Source: Zancudomyces culisetae HAW-14-8 (taxonomy: Eukaryota > Fungi > Kickxellomycota). Taken from it: a stretch of 64,000 nt of DNA. The position numbers and the translations under genes were made by a program. The stretch lies in assembly GCA_052426225.1 (NCBI GenBank), contig JBNJNM010000006.1, forward strand, positions 1,984,001 to 2,048,000. The letters are read 5' to 3'. Shown piece after piece: positions 9,801 through 24,592 of the stretch (within the stretch, counting starts at the first letter, position 1; every line of letters begins with the position of its first letter). Below the pieces are notes generated by a model. The model had not been told where the DNA came from, searched no databases, and was given only the letters and a program-made list of their open reading frames with translations.

Positions 9801-12800
9801 AAGATGAATATAACAAGACACAGTTTTCCACGCTATCCACCCACATTGAACACCCTGATAATCCCAAGGTTGGAACGCTGATGGACACTCATACAATTTT
9901 ATTTAAATTGATAACCATGGGATTTTTAATTTCAAGGTTGAAACTCGTATCTAACATTGAAGGATCTGTCGACAAAACATGTCAACCAATGGTCGATTCT
10001 GCTATTTCTCTGTACCAAGAACTGAGTGGTCATATTTTGAAAGGAATATACTTGGAAATGAAGTCTACTAAAAACGCAAGCAAAAGGTATACATCGGTAG
10101 TTTTTCGAGATGTTTGCCTAGGATTGTGTGAATTTGGCAAGTTTGGATGCTTAAACCTAGAATTTAAAGAACCCAATGTTCTTTTTTATCTGGTCGAAAT
10201 ACTAAAAACTGGAAAACTTGAATACAAAGATTTGAGGATGGCCTTGAAAGCACTTTCTAGCATCGCAATGGGCCTTGGAATTGGAAAAGAATGTTCGGAA
10301 TTCTCAGAACTCCATCTGGAGATTGTCAAGGTGTTCAGCGAACTGGCTGGGTCACGAAAGACCAACTTTATGAAACTAGATGTACAACTGATTGTTTCTG
10401 ATTTCATACCTCTGGTGTTTGCAATGTGGAACTCCAATCTATCAAAAGTGCAGTACGAAGGATGCTTAGAGTTTCCATTTTCCAAGCTGGCCGGTATTTT
10501 GTCCCCAGGTGTATGGGATTACCTGGTCAGTGAACAATTGCCAAAGATGGCTAAATCTCAACTCAGTACAGAGAGATTTGCAGCTGCCTGCTGGATATTT
10601 AATCTGAGTTACTACTGCCAAACATCATCGTTTATGGTCTCTAATGGGATTACTCTACACAAACTGGTTTGCGATTTGTTGGTGGATGTGGATGAAACTA
10701 CACAAAGTGTTGCTGGAAAATGTCTAAGCAATTTGTACATCCTCAATGCAAGCAAGGCAGCAAGAGACGAAATGCTGTATAATGTCATTGGTTCGCTTGG
10801 GGTCAGGAGACCTGCTGCGCCAATAGGTGGTGGATCAGGCTCAACTGGGCCTTTGTCTGAATTACGGACAGCTATAAACCCCTCCTCAAGTACCACAAGT
10901 GGTACCGATCTTAGAAGAAACTTGAATTCCAACGTCGTTGCAACGTACAGAACCATTCTTAACCTGGCCATGGATATAAAAAGTCCAGATTTGTTTTACA
11001 AGCTGGTAATCTTGGCGGGTAGCGGAATCGATACTCAAATTTCAATTGGTCCATCTTCATATGCAGCACTTTTGGTTAAATGGGCTAGAGATTCAGCACT
11101 TGAGGCAGCTACTCCACTGGTTCCAAAGCTATATATCGAGTGTTTCAACACAAACACTATGATTGCTAAAGCAATGAACATCATCTGGCAATCCTGTTTC
11201 AAGACTACAGCTCCAAATGTGGCGCTTAACCACGACTCCACGCTTATATCACCATTCTCATCTGTTGTTCTCAAACACTGGGATACCATTTTTAAAGAGT
11301 GCACGCTTGCCTTGAACTCACATGATTACAAATCTCGGTTAGCTGGGTGTAACTCGCTTTCATCAATTCTGAGCCTCACCGATAACATCAAAAGGTTTGA
11401 AAAACATCTGAATCAGTTGTGGGCGCTATTGTTTAGATTGTTGGACGATATGAACGACTCGGTAAGAGCTGAAGCACTAAAGCTCGCAAACAGTTTATCA
11501 AATACCATTCTTGCTTGGTGTGAGTCTGGCTCTTTGAATGCTGGTGAAATGGTGGAAAATGATCAGAACCCACTTAACCTGGTGGAAACGGTAGTTAACG
11601 TGGTGCTAGGGTCTGGGCTGAGCAACCCAGCTGCTGAGGTTCGCGAATTCTGTATTTCTTTTCTGGATAAACTCACAAGACTGGAGCTTTCTAAACCATT
11701 CTCTTGTGTAATTTCCATTAAACTCCTTGAAAGCTTGTCTGAAAACGAAAATTCAATAGTTAATTACTTTATTCAGAATGCAAACAACTGGAACATCTCC
11801 GTAGATCAAATCGAATATGCCAGAGTCAGCGCAACCACATCTTCGCCCTCAATGAGAATTATTCAAAGATGTTTAGACAACCTCGACCATTCGAACCTTG
11901 GCGTTTTCTGCCACGATCTTGCGAAAATAACAAAGCATTCACTAAGTCTGCCATCTAGAGTTGGTGTCGCAAAAGTTATTATGGACTTGTGTGTCAACCG
12001 CCGAGATGAAATGTACGACCATGCATTGATTTTGACTCGTGCTGTACTGGCCCAACTAACAAAGTCTACTGGTGTGGAGGTTTCAATATGGTCCAATGCA
12101 ATTGCATACACCTGCCCATTTTTGACGCTAGAAAAACTAGAGAAGCTCATGTCCAGAATCGCAACTATTTATCTCGACAACCCCAAGTCCGCTGATAAGA
12201 GGTTGGTCTCACTGAACGTTTTGTACCAAATTTCCAAACGGGATGTTGATTTATCATCAAACAATCTGGTCTTCTCACTTCTCTATGTTGCCAAGTTTGA
12301 CGAAAATACACAGATCTCCAAGCTTGCCTCGGATTGTATTGCAAATACCGCCGCTTACTTCCATGCCTCTGCAATCAAAAAACACACGTCGGATATCATC
12401 TCCAGCTTTATCGGCCCAATGTTGCATTCTGGCGACTTTTCGCAAATAAACCATGCATCTGTCGTTATTTCTGATTTGGCAAAACAATCAATATTCAATC
12501 CTAAACAACTTCAACAATCCAATGCCTCCACACATATAAACACCATCGAAAGGCAAAAATCGTTAGTTGAAACCAGAACTAGGTCGTTCACTAGCATTGA
12601 TCCTTCCGAATTTGCATTTCTTTCCCAGCTTGTGCCTCTCATACACGAGTTGCTAAATCTTTTGTCATCTCGAAGATTCTTTGATGGCAAGATTTCTGCC
12701 GTAGAAGCCCTATGCAAACTCGCAATAGTTCTGGAACCTATTTTATCCACAAACGAATACAAAGAAAGTCCCGAAAAACTCTCTGGCCTAAACCTAGAGG

Positions 12801-13531
12801 AAATCTACCACTTTATGCTTTCTCTTATTAACAGCAACAATACCAGTTCTAATGTCGTGTTTAAGAAATTTGCACTTGCTAATGCTTGTGCGCTACTCAA
12901 ATATTCTGACTCTCTGAACGCGAAATTCTCCAACGAATTTTTGTCACTACTACTATCGCTACTTACTGGTAGCTCCTTCTCCACTACCACTTCCTTGGCT
13001 GGTGATTCTAGAAACACCAGTACAGATATTGGCACTTCTTCATCCCCCAAACCTGCCGTTTTAGCTTTGCAAGCGGTATGCATTAATGGGATTTCTGAAA
13101 TACTACCTATAAACACAGCTCTCTCTACTGCGCAATATTTGGAAATCCTGGAAGCACTGTTTCCATTTTGCAAGGAAACTCCCTGGATAGTAAAGCATGC
13201 CGCCGCACAGTCTTTTCTTGACGTGTTTTACCACTATCTCTTCAACTTTACACGCATCGAGTCAACAGAGCCTAGGGTATTTCTACTGGTACATGACTTT
13301 TTGGCTCTTTCCTCTTCTGACATCAAACACTCTTCGATTAAACTAGTCGCTTTGGATTTATGCTCGATTATTCTGGAAAAACGGCCAGTGTTAAATAATA
13401 ACGCTTCTTCTTCAGCATCCGCTATTCAAAGTCTTTATGCAAAGTGCAAGGATGTATTGATAACTCTCTCTACTTCTGATCCCGATGTTCGTGTCAAGAA
13501 CGAGGCTAAACACATTTTCTCAACCATCTAG
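6865..13531 (+). CDS. ECM29: Proteasome adaptor Ecm29 (HEAT repeats), 6 exons
   Basis: Spliced N-terminus MEQDKEIELLEAVEYKLALSNTGDKLESFLETFLVPLLNKL matches the Ecm29 start. Five GT-AG introns (~6887-6973, 7104-7221, 7402-7463, 7554-7644, 8068-8209) precede the 1771-aa ORF, which has Ecm29-like motifs (LVPKLY..CF, LWALLFRLLDDMNDSVR). Confidence 0.9.
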
Positions 13532-13828
13532 TCCAATTGGTTAATTTTTTTTTACATTATCACTATTATTGTTTTTTTTATACGTATTAATCGAGATCGA
13601 GGTCTAATAACAAATTAATTAGCATGTTTCCTGGTCAAGTATCCTTTCTTTATTTAGAAGAACGGCAGATAAATAATTCTAATATGTTTGATTTTAAGAG
13701 AATTTATTTTTAAAAGTGCAAAACGATAATTAAAAGTGCGTGTACTAGAACGATACAAAGAAAAATAGAATAATACAAAAAAGACATCCAAAAGAAGAGA
13801 AAAAAATAATAAAAAACCTACAACTCTT

Positions 13829-16225
13829 TTACTGGGTTGCCATTTGTTGTGATGGCATAGTGGCCAGTGGGCAATAAAAGTCCTTTTTGTTACCCCACCA
13901 CTGTAGCTTTACACCATGCATCTGGAACGCAAAGAATATGAATATCCCAGCTATTGCAGATCCAGCCATTAGAGCAGCCGACAGAATGTAGTTGTATCTT
14001 AGCCACCACCAGTGGAACTTTTTGTATATGTAATAGTTGAATATAGTTGCAACAATAAACCACGTAGGAAATTCCACAGCTGCAGCTGGTGGCATTACTG
14101 CACACGCACCCAAGAAGATAGGAATGTGGATTTTGTCAACATAAAATGTGTTTTTTGTAACTCGTGTCAAGATCCACGTAATAAAGGGCAGAAGCCCGCC
14201 CACCACAAATCCCCAGAGAAGCGGGTTATAAATTGACTGCGAACCAAACATTTTGATAGGACCTATCAAGCCCCAAATTACAGATGCAGAGTAAAAGACA
14301 TTGGTGTTGGGACATGTCCATGGAAATGCTGTCTTTTGACAGAAATTCTTTATATTACTCATTAGAAAGCGGGTGGTTATTAGATTCACAACACCTGTTA
14401 TTGTGGAGCCGGTAATTTGCACAATGAACATTGCTCTAGGTGGAATTTTCAAGTAGTGGCCTAGCTTATAATCACCAACAAGCCATAGAGCCTGGTTTAT
14501 AGCAGTACAGCTGTATGTTTTGAACACGATGTTTGGAATTGGTTTTCCTGCAAATATCACTCCTGCCACAAACTCTGATATCACATTTACACCCAAAGAA
14601 ACATTGGTGATTGCCAATACGACTCCAAACGGAAACATCAATATTGCTGCTATGGCCACAGCCAGCAACATGCCCCACCATGGAAGACCGATGGCTTTCT
14701 TCTCGCATGCAATCATTCCCAACAATGCAGTTATCAGAAATAGCACCACATACCAAGACCATGGAACATTCTTGTACCTCTTCATCAGCTTTTCATGTAT
14801 ATCTTCTTTGCCCAATCCATTGTGTGTCGAAATTGCTCTTTGTAACTCACTCCAGTTGTGGATCAATACGTGAACTATTGCTGCTGGAATGATGGCCAAG
14901 GCAACGCCATAGTTGATGGCAAAGAAATATGTAATTCGTAGGGGACTGTAGGCATTATATGCGGCTTCATTTAATCCACTACTGTTTGGTAGTGTCACCA
15001 TTGTTTTGTTGTATTTACCACCATTTATATCAAAAAGCGCTGCTCCATAAATTGGGAATTTCTTTGCATCAAAAATGTTCATACTGTAACCCAGTGGTGC
15101 CACACTATAATCAGTTAAAGAAATACCAATGGTTATTACTGCAATTTTTGAATTACTCAGATATTTACAGCACAGGTTTAAGGTATCAAAAATAAATATT
15201 ACTAATCAGGAACACACTTACATCCAACAAAAGAACACAAATCCAACAAAGATATTTACCGCAGCCCAGTATGGAGTAGCCAGGGGACTACCCAAGTAGG
15301 AAGCAATTACGGTCCAATCAAATGTAAACGAGCCTAATCCTAGCCCTGTCATTCCACTACCCAGCTGCTGTGCCTTGATGCTATTTGGATACAAGAAGCA
15401 TAGTATGGAAATACTAGCCAGTAGCTGGAAAAAGAATCCGGGTAAAAGTTGATACAAAAATGTTCCTATCAAGACCAGCGAGAAAAAGTTGTATTTCGAC
15501 ATCAGTTTTTTTCCATTGCGGGTATCATTTTCGTTACTACCATGTAGTGCTCTCAGGACTGAACAACTGACCAAGTTATCTGGCCAAATCATCACTGCTG
15601 GTTTTACAAGAACGTTGTATAGGAGACCTGATAAACCATATCCAAGCAGCTGCGTGCTTATGAGAAACATGATTACCTCTATATATGATATCTTGATGTT
15701 GTAATAGAGCTCCTGCAACACCATAACATCAATTGCATAGGCAATTGCTGATCCCGTTCCAACGAATACGCATAGCAACCCATGCTCTTTAACTGAAAAT
15801 GGGCCTGGGTTTAATGAAAAGGAATACCTTTCCATCCCAAACGGACGAATAGTTTTGGCAGGTATCATCTTTTCCATCAGCTTTCCCGCAAGAAAGGTAA
15901 TCAGCATTATTACTGGAAATCCTATGCGAATTGGTGTTTGTCTAAAGAAGAAAAACTGATTTATGAATGATAATAGCATAGAAAATGTTGTTCCTATTGA
16001 CCAAACTCTGAATGTAAGAACACATGCGTCTACATCGTCTTTAGGGCTAACATTTGCTCGTACAACTTCATATGGTGAATCCTCTTCCTCTTCCTCAATG
16101 TTAGTGTCATAACCTTGACTGGCATTCTCAGTCTTTTCATCTAAATGTTCCTTGTCTGCTTCATTAACTGTCTTTTCATCGTCCTCCTTGGATGTGCTAC
16201 CCCTGCTGATCAGTCTTTTAAACAT
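13829..16225 (-). CDS. OPT-family oligopeptide transporter (Opt1/Isp4-like), 2 exons
   Basis: SPYEVVRANV, NPGPFSVKEH and KLGHYLKIPPR motifs; one GT-AG intron ~15220-15105 joins the 335-aa and 424-aa ORFs. Confidence 0.93.
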
Positions 16226-17719
16226 ACTATTCCAAACTTTATCCTATACGGGTTGGGGGGGTGCAATCATTTATTTAGTCTTTTTAAAAAATAAAAAAAC
16301 TAATAGGTATGCGTTAGTGTATGTGTTCCTATTGTCTATTTTTGGTGTTATTATACAAATCCAGCGTTTATATTCTTTGCATAAAAAGGAAAAAGTTCAT
16401 TACGGGTCAAGCACTTGTGTATTTATAGTAAATTAATTCATGCCTTGAACACATTCACTCTACTTTTAGGCAGTTAGACCTTTAGGTCCAGGTTACTTTT
16501 AATATGACTTTTCAGCTCTGAATAGTACAGACTCCTCGCTACGCCCTACCTGATAATCTCATGTTGATCGAATGAGATACCATAAACTGTACAAAATACC
16601 CACATTACCCTGTCATTAGGTTTATTGTGACCCAATTATTAGGTCCAGTATTTTTGTTTTATTCTAGCTTTTAATTCGTAATTTATTAGCTATATAAATC
16701 CAGAACAAAATGAAAAGTGAAAAATGAGGAAAAAAAGGTAGAATAAGGGGGGAAACCTCTAAATGCTTGGTTTCCGTTTGTAGGTGAAAGCTGCCAATTA
16801 AACAGCATTTAAACTAGTGGCTAGTGGATGGTCAAGGTGCTAAAAACACCCCCTAAAAAATATGTGTGGTAAAGGATGGGATAATTTGGGCCCAAGTTGC
16901 GCAATACATAGAAAACAAATTCTTTTTAGCACATCCATTCATTTATTAGTGTTCATATTTTTCTTGAAAAGTGACTACCCCATAAAGATATTTCTTTTTA
17001 TTCTAGAAATTTGGAATACTATTTCGATAGAAGCTTAAAAAGAAATAAATAACCACAGTCTCTCAAAACGAATTTAAAAAAAATAAAGTGCTGGAATGCG
17101 GAAAACCGACAGCACCAAGTATCTTTCTTATAGAAGGCAAAATTCCCGCAAAGCACTTTTACTTGAACGTTTTTTTATCCAAAGCTCACAAACATCGATG
17201 GATGAAAATGGTGAAAAAGCGAACATATTTGATCAGTGCCACACAATCCTTGTTGTAGTATGTGTATGTATTATAACAGCTCTAATTAGGATACACACTT
17301 TGAAAAATTTTGAGGGTATCAAGCCACTCAAATAAATAAAATGAATACCCATTTCGCATTTACCATTAAGTCGACTTTTTTTAGTTGTTATTTAGATAAA
17401 CGTAGTAGTATGATCAATATTGTTTATTGAGTGTTAACGTTAGGGGAGATGGGGGGATGTTGCGAATAATGAAGAGGGTATAAAAGTGATGATAGCGATA
17501 AAAATAACAAAGATAATAGCGCAAATATACTAACTATAAGTGTATCTATGAAAGGGGATATATAGGGGGTAAGCATACGGGGATAAGCAAATGGGATAAA
17601 TATATGGGATAAATATAGTATAATACAGTAAAAATAAAAATAGGTTTAATGAAGATAAGGGGAGGGGAGGGGTGTGGTGGATAATTTAAACGCGGAGGGA
17701 TGTAGGAGAGTATAAAGCA

Positions 17720-18595
17720 CTATCCATAGGCGTACACGCAATAGGTAATGCCGTCTTCGGGGTCCTCGTCAGTTTTACTGGTGACAGCATTGTACGGAAC
17801 TTTTATCTCATCTCGATTAGATGGACACTCGGAGTTTTGCGTATTAACCAAGGGATATCTTTGTAAAGATGAAGACTTTTTCTGTTTTGAAGACAGATGT
17901 GTTCTGTAATGCTGCATCATATTATCTTTTCTTGAAAATCTGGAATTACAACCGGAATATATGCACTTGAAGTTTTTTTCTCCTGTATGAATGCGTTGGT
18001 GCCTAGATAGATGGCCTCTATTTAGTGCAACATTGGAGAAATGAGTTAAGTTTGTTTACGTTTTAACTCTGGAAACATAAAAATACACTTTGTAGATATG
18101 TAAAATAAATTATAGGATGAAGCTCATTAGCTGCGAAACACATAAAAAAATACAAATGCACTTGATGCCTTAGACTTACCCTGTTGTAAATGCACTGTTG
18201 CAGTTTGGGTACATACATCTATACTTTCGACGTCGGCTATCTACTTGTAGCCTGTTTTCGATGATACCACCATCATTGCTAAACTTTGGGTATCGTTTAT
18301 TATTGCTCAAATCTAGGCCCAAGTAAAAATCTAGGCTCTCGTACTTTGAATGATTAATGACGGGCAACAGCTTTGGATTGGCTGAATAGCTTGAATAAGA
18401 GCTTTGCTGCGAGTCAGAAAATGAATCGGAACTACTGCTGCTATGAGATGCATTAAAAGCATAGTCCTCGTTGAGTATATTTACATATGTCCCATCGGCC
18501 TTCTTCACCACAAATGAAGGTCTGAGAGCATAACCCCTTGATGGTAAAAAATTATAAAAGACGTGTTTATCGCTTTCTAAACCGAGGGTGGTCAT
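17720..18595 (-). CDS. Two-finger C2H2 transcription factor, Nrg1/Nrg2-like, 2 exons
   Basis: Spliced [53 protein letters not shown]; intron ~18179-18018 (GTAAGT...TAG). Confidence 0.88.
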
Positions 18596-18795
18596 TTTCA
18601 GTTGATATTTTGATGCGAGTCTGTTTTAGAGTTGAGTTATTAGTACATGTATAAAACAAGGTAATTTTTAGTATGTATATGTAAGTGTGTGTGTTTGTTT
18701 GTGTATGTGTGTTTGTGAGTTTGTTTGCGTGTGTTAATATTTGATTGTAAAGAGAAAATATTATTGAGCTGAGGCGATGGTTTGACTCTGCGGGC

Positions 18796-18810
18796 TGACT
18801 CATTTATATA
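18796..18810 (-). promoter_or_regulatory. TATA box (TATATAAA) directly adjacent to a TGACTCA (Gcn4/AP-1-type) site upstream of the C2H2 factor
   Basis: TTTATATA at 18803-18810 and TGACTCA at 18796-18802, ~200 bp upstream of the ATG; a variant TGACTCT lies at 18783. Confidence 0.4.
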
Positions 18811-21800
18811 CAAAAAAAAACTAGTGACAAAAATTATTAATGCTAATAACAAGCCTTGATAGACAAACCCTTCCCTTCGCCCCTTCAGAATACCCACTTG
18901 CCCTTTATTTTAAATTGTGCGGAATATTTTTTACATCAATATTGGGCGATGGATGTGATTAGAAAAATGCACAAAAGAAAAGAAAAATATAACCATCTGC
19001 TGCAGGCTCAGTCCTTTTAGCTGTTTTTTTTTAACCCATTTGGATAAAGGTCTAATGTTAATTAACGGTATTTCAAAATTAATTAGGATACAAATTCTAA
19101 CCACTACGAAATTTGATGAAACTGGTTAGCAAGGCTGTCATAGCAGATAAAAATATTGGTGGATTTGGGCCAATTGCCTATGATAATGTGGTCTTATTTA
19201 AAAAAGGCAAATTGAAAACATTTTGCCCTAATCTCATTTGAAATTTAGAACATTTTTCCTGTTTTCTCAGGTATGAGGAAAAAGCTAGGAGAAAAAGGTA
19301 AATAAAAAATTTTTTTATCTGTTTTCCTGGCTTGAACAATCTTGAGAGCCGCCTAATTACTTTAGTATTGGTCCCGTTTTTCCTCAGCCAAACGAGTTAT
19401 GAGTAAACTATTGGTGTGTTTTCCAATTAACATTTATCATCGTTAAAATCACTGCGTTCTTTTTCAGTTTCTTTAGCAAATTTAGCATAGATCCTTTTCA
19501 AAAGGGATACGCCATAACCATAGTTGAACTATCGCTTGGGTAATTTGGTTTATCTAATTTAATTAAGAAACCTCTAAATTAGACGCTAGCTAAATAAATG
19601 TGTATCACAATCTATTTTCTTATTCTTGCTCATATGACAAATTGTACTTTTATTTTATCCTGCAATATCAAACTTTCCATGCTTTTTTTATTAAAAAATT
19701 ATCCATGTTTTTCATATGAGGTTTTCCCTTTTCAAAAATCACAAAGAGTAAGAGAGTTAGAGATGGACGAAGGGAAAGGGAAAGGGATAGGGATAGGGAT
19801 AGGGAAACTTGGATTAAAACTTTGTGTTATGACAACAACCCTATATAATGTCAAGTTGAGAGTAGCACATTGAAATTTCTAATTTATAAACAGTGTAATT
19901 GAGTACAAATCCACAACTTTTCTTTTACAGCAAAAGAAAGTTCAAAGAAATAACAAACTACATCTTCCTGTAATCGCAATTTACGCTTTTGTGTATTGTT
20001 TCATCCTGGCTCAATTTGTTATTCGGGTTTTTGTATATTTTACTTCAAATAATTACTAAAAGAAAATAAAATCCAAGAAACAAATGGTTCACGTAGCAAC
20101 CAGTCTGGTAAAAAAGTGGTGTAGTTTAACTAATGCTATAGCCTTGAATTTTAAAAGAACTACGATTTATAAACGTAGAGTCACCCTCCTCGTACTGCAA
20201 TAATTATTTTTTTCTTCAAAAAAAGCTAAACAAAAATGGAGGATCATAAATAAAAAATCACTGCTTTATTGATGTGAATTATAAAGTTTTAACTTTAAAA
20301 CCCTAATTTACGGGATTTTCGCGTAGATTTTACAAAGAGGTCAGCAAATAATGACCCGAATCAATTTCGAAGCATAATAGCATTTTTGTAACAATGTAGA
20401 ACATTCAAAAACATCGAACTTCTGGTTCACAAATAAAGAAAAAGAAAAAGAAAATATAGACGGGTCAGCTGAGACGGCAGCTTAGTTGTTCAAGATTTTT
20501 GTTAGAATTCACATATTGGATTCTAGCCAGGTCTTGGCTGGCATGTCTGAATATGGACATGGACATGAACATTAAATGGACATTAAATGAACATTAAATA
20601 AACATTGATACAGATGTGAATGTGGATACGAATAAGGACATGGGTATGGACATGGAGGTAACCCCTGCTTTATTTGCATACCAGGTGGTACACTGAGTAG
20701 AAATATTTGGAATCTTTATATCAAACTCTTGACGTTGTTATCGAACAGTGCAAGTATCCGTTATGTAAAGCAAACAGAAAAAGACCGCTTTAATTCGCCT
20801 TAACCTGTTTTGCACCCAAGTCATTGTCAAACCGATTGCTAGTGAAATTCCAAAGGCTTGACTCTACCATTCCTGTTTTATCCTCTCTCCCCAACACAGC
20901 TTTCCAATATTTTTATCACAAGGGTCATTTACCAAAACTAAAACAATTATATCGTTTGCTGGCGCTTAGTGGTTAGAAAAAAATGTGCGTGTTATCTACT
21001 GGATTGTGTCACCTGTTGCTTCCACGTTGTGGGGGGTTTTAAAAATAGAATATCACTACCTTAGAAATGTCTTGCACCATAGAAGTGACCTTGTGTGTAA
21101 TTTAGTAGCTATATACTTAGTAAACCAAACAGCTTATCGAAAACCATTAGCCAGAATCCTCAAGTGTATTATGGCTTTTTGTTTTGTTGTGGTGGTAGGA
21201 TTCGAAGTAGATATTAGTAAATGCATTAATCTAACAACCATTTAATTTATTCAAACAGGAAATATTCGTTTGAAATTAATCGATTATAAAAAGAATATCC
21301 ATTTCCCTTTATGTAACTAATGAGAAATAGCTAAAACAAAACCCAAAATCGCAATAGCCTTGCGCTAATTTGTCATATTACAAGCAAGTTCATTTTGATG
21401 CTTGCCTGTATTAATCTGATGCTTTTTAAGAGACTAGAGCTGGCGTATAGGCGAGAAAATTTTCTTATTTGTGCAAAAAACAGTATCAAATGTGGCTTCA
21501 GATGCCAATATCGAGCGTCTTTATCTGACATTTTATTTGGGAAGTCAGCGTTATACTATATTTATGTGCGCATATATACCTTGTATCGCAGCCACACAAT
21601 AACAACAACACAATGTACCATATTTATGTATATTAATTATCAATGGGTATATATTTATTTTCCTTTATTGCGATACTAAAGATTACGGTGTTCCCATAGT
21701 GAAAGTGGGTACACTATAAACAATAAATGGTAGATATCAAACAGAGCAAATCAAATGTTAGTAAACGTTAATTAGCAAATTCGTCATTTTTGTTATGTGC

Positions 21801-22992
21801 AATTAGTGAAAAATATGTGTGGTTTTTTATTAGCGGAATTTCGAAAATTCTGCTTAAAAGGGTATCGGAACATCAGATGATGGATTTCTAATATGTACTT
21901 GCAAACAACACCTAAATCGCGCTACTACAGCAAACACAATTATCTACCAATCTGGTAAATTATGTGTTATCCTCAGAATTTGTTTTGCTTTTTTTAAGGA
22001 ATAAATATAATTTCTAAATATTATATAATTCAGTTAGACAACTGGTACTCAATGTGTTGTGACAAAAACAGACCAACTAGAAAAGAAATATGTGTGTTGA
22101 TCAATACAGATACATTGCATTTTTGGGTTCGCAATATATTTGAATTTGTCCATATATATTAGCTTTTTGAATTTTGGTAGAGTTTTTTGTTGTGATTTAC
22201 CAGTTGATGCGGATTAGGCTAATAAATCTACTTGTAATCATATTGACTTGTAGAAAAAGTCTGTTTCTGTGCTTAATGGATATTATTGTCCACAACGCAT
22301 ATTCACATGTTTTATATATTAACAACATTAATATGTCTCAATGTGGGTCGTATCATCTAGAAAAGATTACAACAAAGTAGTGGTATGATTCAAATGATAT
22401 TGTGATACATACTTCTTTAGTATAGGAAGAAAAGTAATAAAAAAAATAGTACTAAAGGGAACCAATTGGAAAATAAATGCATAAAGAGGGCGAGAAGTGG
22501 TGAGAGAGCTGCGTAAACCTTGAGAAAGCAATTAATGTTTGTAGTTGCATGAGTCTCGTTACATTCTGGAACACGGTTGGGGTTTATTTATATAGCAATG
22601 TAAATTGTATTTTTATAAAAAAATGCAAACAAGTAAAACTCTAATAAGTAATGAAAGGAGTCACTGCAACACATTTCCAATCACTAGTAATTTTAGCCAT
22701 GACATATACACCAGAAACAACCTTTGTATATTTAGTAATGCGCAATGGATAGATGCAGAACATTGCAAAATTTAGTAGAAAATACAAAAGTAATAGCTGT
22801 TCAAATATAATATGTGTAATGTTGCTTTTTTTTTATTCTGCTGCTTTCTAAGCTTAACTTTCTATTTGTGTTCGTCTCAAATAAAAAAGTGTGAATAACA
22901 TTGTGCTTTTTACAGACGCTATTCAGCTGACTGTGCTTTACCCAAAAAAAATAAAATAAGGGAATTTGCTATAAATAATGGAAAAAAACGAT

Positions 22993-23060
22993 GACAAAGA
23001 CAAAGACAAAGACAAAAACAAAGGCAAAGGAAAAAGCAAAGGAAAAGAAAAAGAAAAAAG
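22993..23060. repeat. Purine-rich hexamer microsatellite (GACAAA/GGAAAA)
   Basis: GACAAA repeated, decaying into GCAAAG/GAAAA units. Confidence 0.8.
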
Positions 23061-24592
23061 ATAGAGCTAATGATACTAGCAAAAGCGCTTATCGCAATAA
23101 AATGATCGCTACAGAGAGTATAAAATCCAGGGGTAAAGTGGTACATGCTACATCCATTATGCCTACTACCTACTACCTGTTACAAAATAATCGCTTAGAA
23201 ACGGGATTTAGTCACGCTTTATAAATAGCTCAGTTATTAGGCTACAAAGAAAAACTAGTAAGCTTATGTGCGGTATCAAGGTTGTAGATCATTTACTTGA
23301 ATATTTGCAAAGAAACTAAAGACTGAAACTCCGAATCAAGTTTCCTGTGAATAGTGCTGTTTTTTTCAGACGACTTTTGGCCAAAAATAGCTGGATAAAA
23401 GAATATGACAAAAAAAAAACGCTGCTAGGGGCTATATTTTTCTTTTTGTATTTTTTTTTTGGTTAAGTGGTGTAGTGGTATCTACATGGCATCCCACGTA
23501 TGCAAAACCCGTGATGCACCCACCGCATAAATGTAGTGCTCCTCAGTCGTCATATACGATCTAAAAACACATACAACTCCAGCAGGGAAAAAGAAATTAA
23601 GCTAAAATACAAATAGACCCTTTGAGAAATCGCCCTGGATTTTGAATGTATGAGTGGGTTGGTGCCCCGTTTTACTAACCGAATCCAAAAAAAGTAAAAT
23701 AGTATAATACTATTTTTCAAATACATAAATTATCCACCCAAACAATTCATGTACAAAGATGTTGCTACCCTGATCAAGACCGGGAATAAAAAATGGGATT
23801 AGAGTAGCGTCAATGTATATGACTGGTGATAATTCCCAGTATTAATGATGTGTTATGAAATAATCCCAATTCACTTGCTATGGTTTTGTGAGAATAGAGC
23901 AAAAAAAAAAATAACGCCATATATTATTGCAAACGCCACATGATTATTCATGACGTGTATCGATGGTAAAAATAAACAAAAGCAGGTTGGCATATAGCAT
24001 ATAGGGGATGTGTGATTAAATTACGCAGACTTCCAATATTGACTCCCCAAATCACCATTTTCATTTCCAACGTCTATTATTGAAATTTCAAGAATATGTG
24101 TAATGCGCATCCATTTTGTTTTTCAATACCCTCATTTCAGTGATCTTACACAGGATGACGATATACATTTTATATTTAGAAAATAACCGAAGAGTAAACT
24201 CAATAGTGATGTGTGTTAAAGTCGGGGTGTATAACGTGGCATGTTTGCTGGTGTGAGCAAAATAGAAATTCTACTATTATTGGTGACTGGAAACACCTTC
24301 ACATATGCCATTAAATGAACTTGCGAGCAAAGTCAGACTTTTTTTATTAGTTTCCTTCAATATTATTATCCTAAATTGCAACTCCAGAAGAAAAATTAGT
24401 TGTGAAAATGGGGTGGTGGTAGTAGAAAAAAATCTGCCAGATAAGGAAAAAAGCATTTCAACATGAACTTAAAAGTTGAGTTTTAGTTATCTTTATAAAA
24501 AAAATGGTTTTAGGTGGTTATCCATGAGAATATGAACAACTCAAAATATAACAACAAAAAAACGTAAAAGAGCAATAAAATAAAAAATATTA

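Noticed and set aside
13639-13648. U12-type donor-like GTATCCTTTC (similar motifs at 46.7-47.1 kb)
   Set aside because: All are intergenic with no exon context or U12 branch site; the reconstructed introns are U2-type.
17495-17690. Cluster of GATAA motifs as nitrogen-regulatory sites for the OPT gene
   Set aside because: They lie in purine-rich low-complexity sequence at the 3' end of the neighbouring gene, more than 1.2 kb from the OPT start; not distinguishable from compositional bias.
18567-18803. 78-aa overlapping uORF upstream of the C2H2 factor
   Set aside because: Its ATG overlaps the putative TATA box, so it is probably not in the mRNA; the translation reflects a CA-rich repeat.
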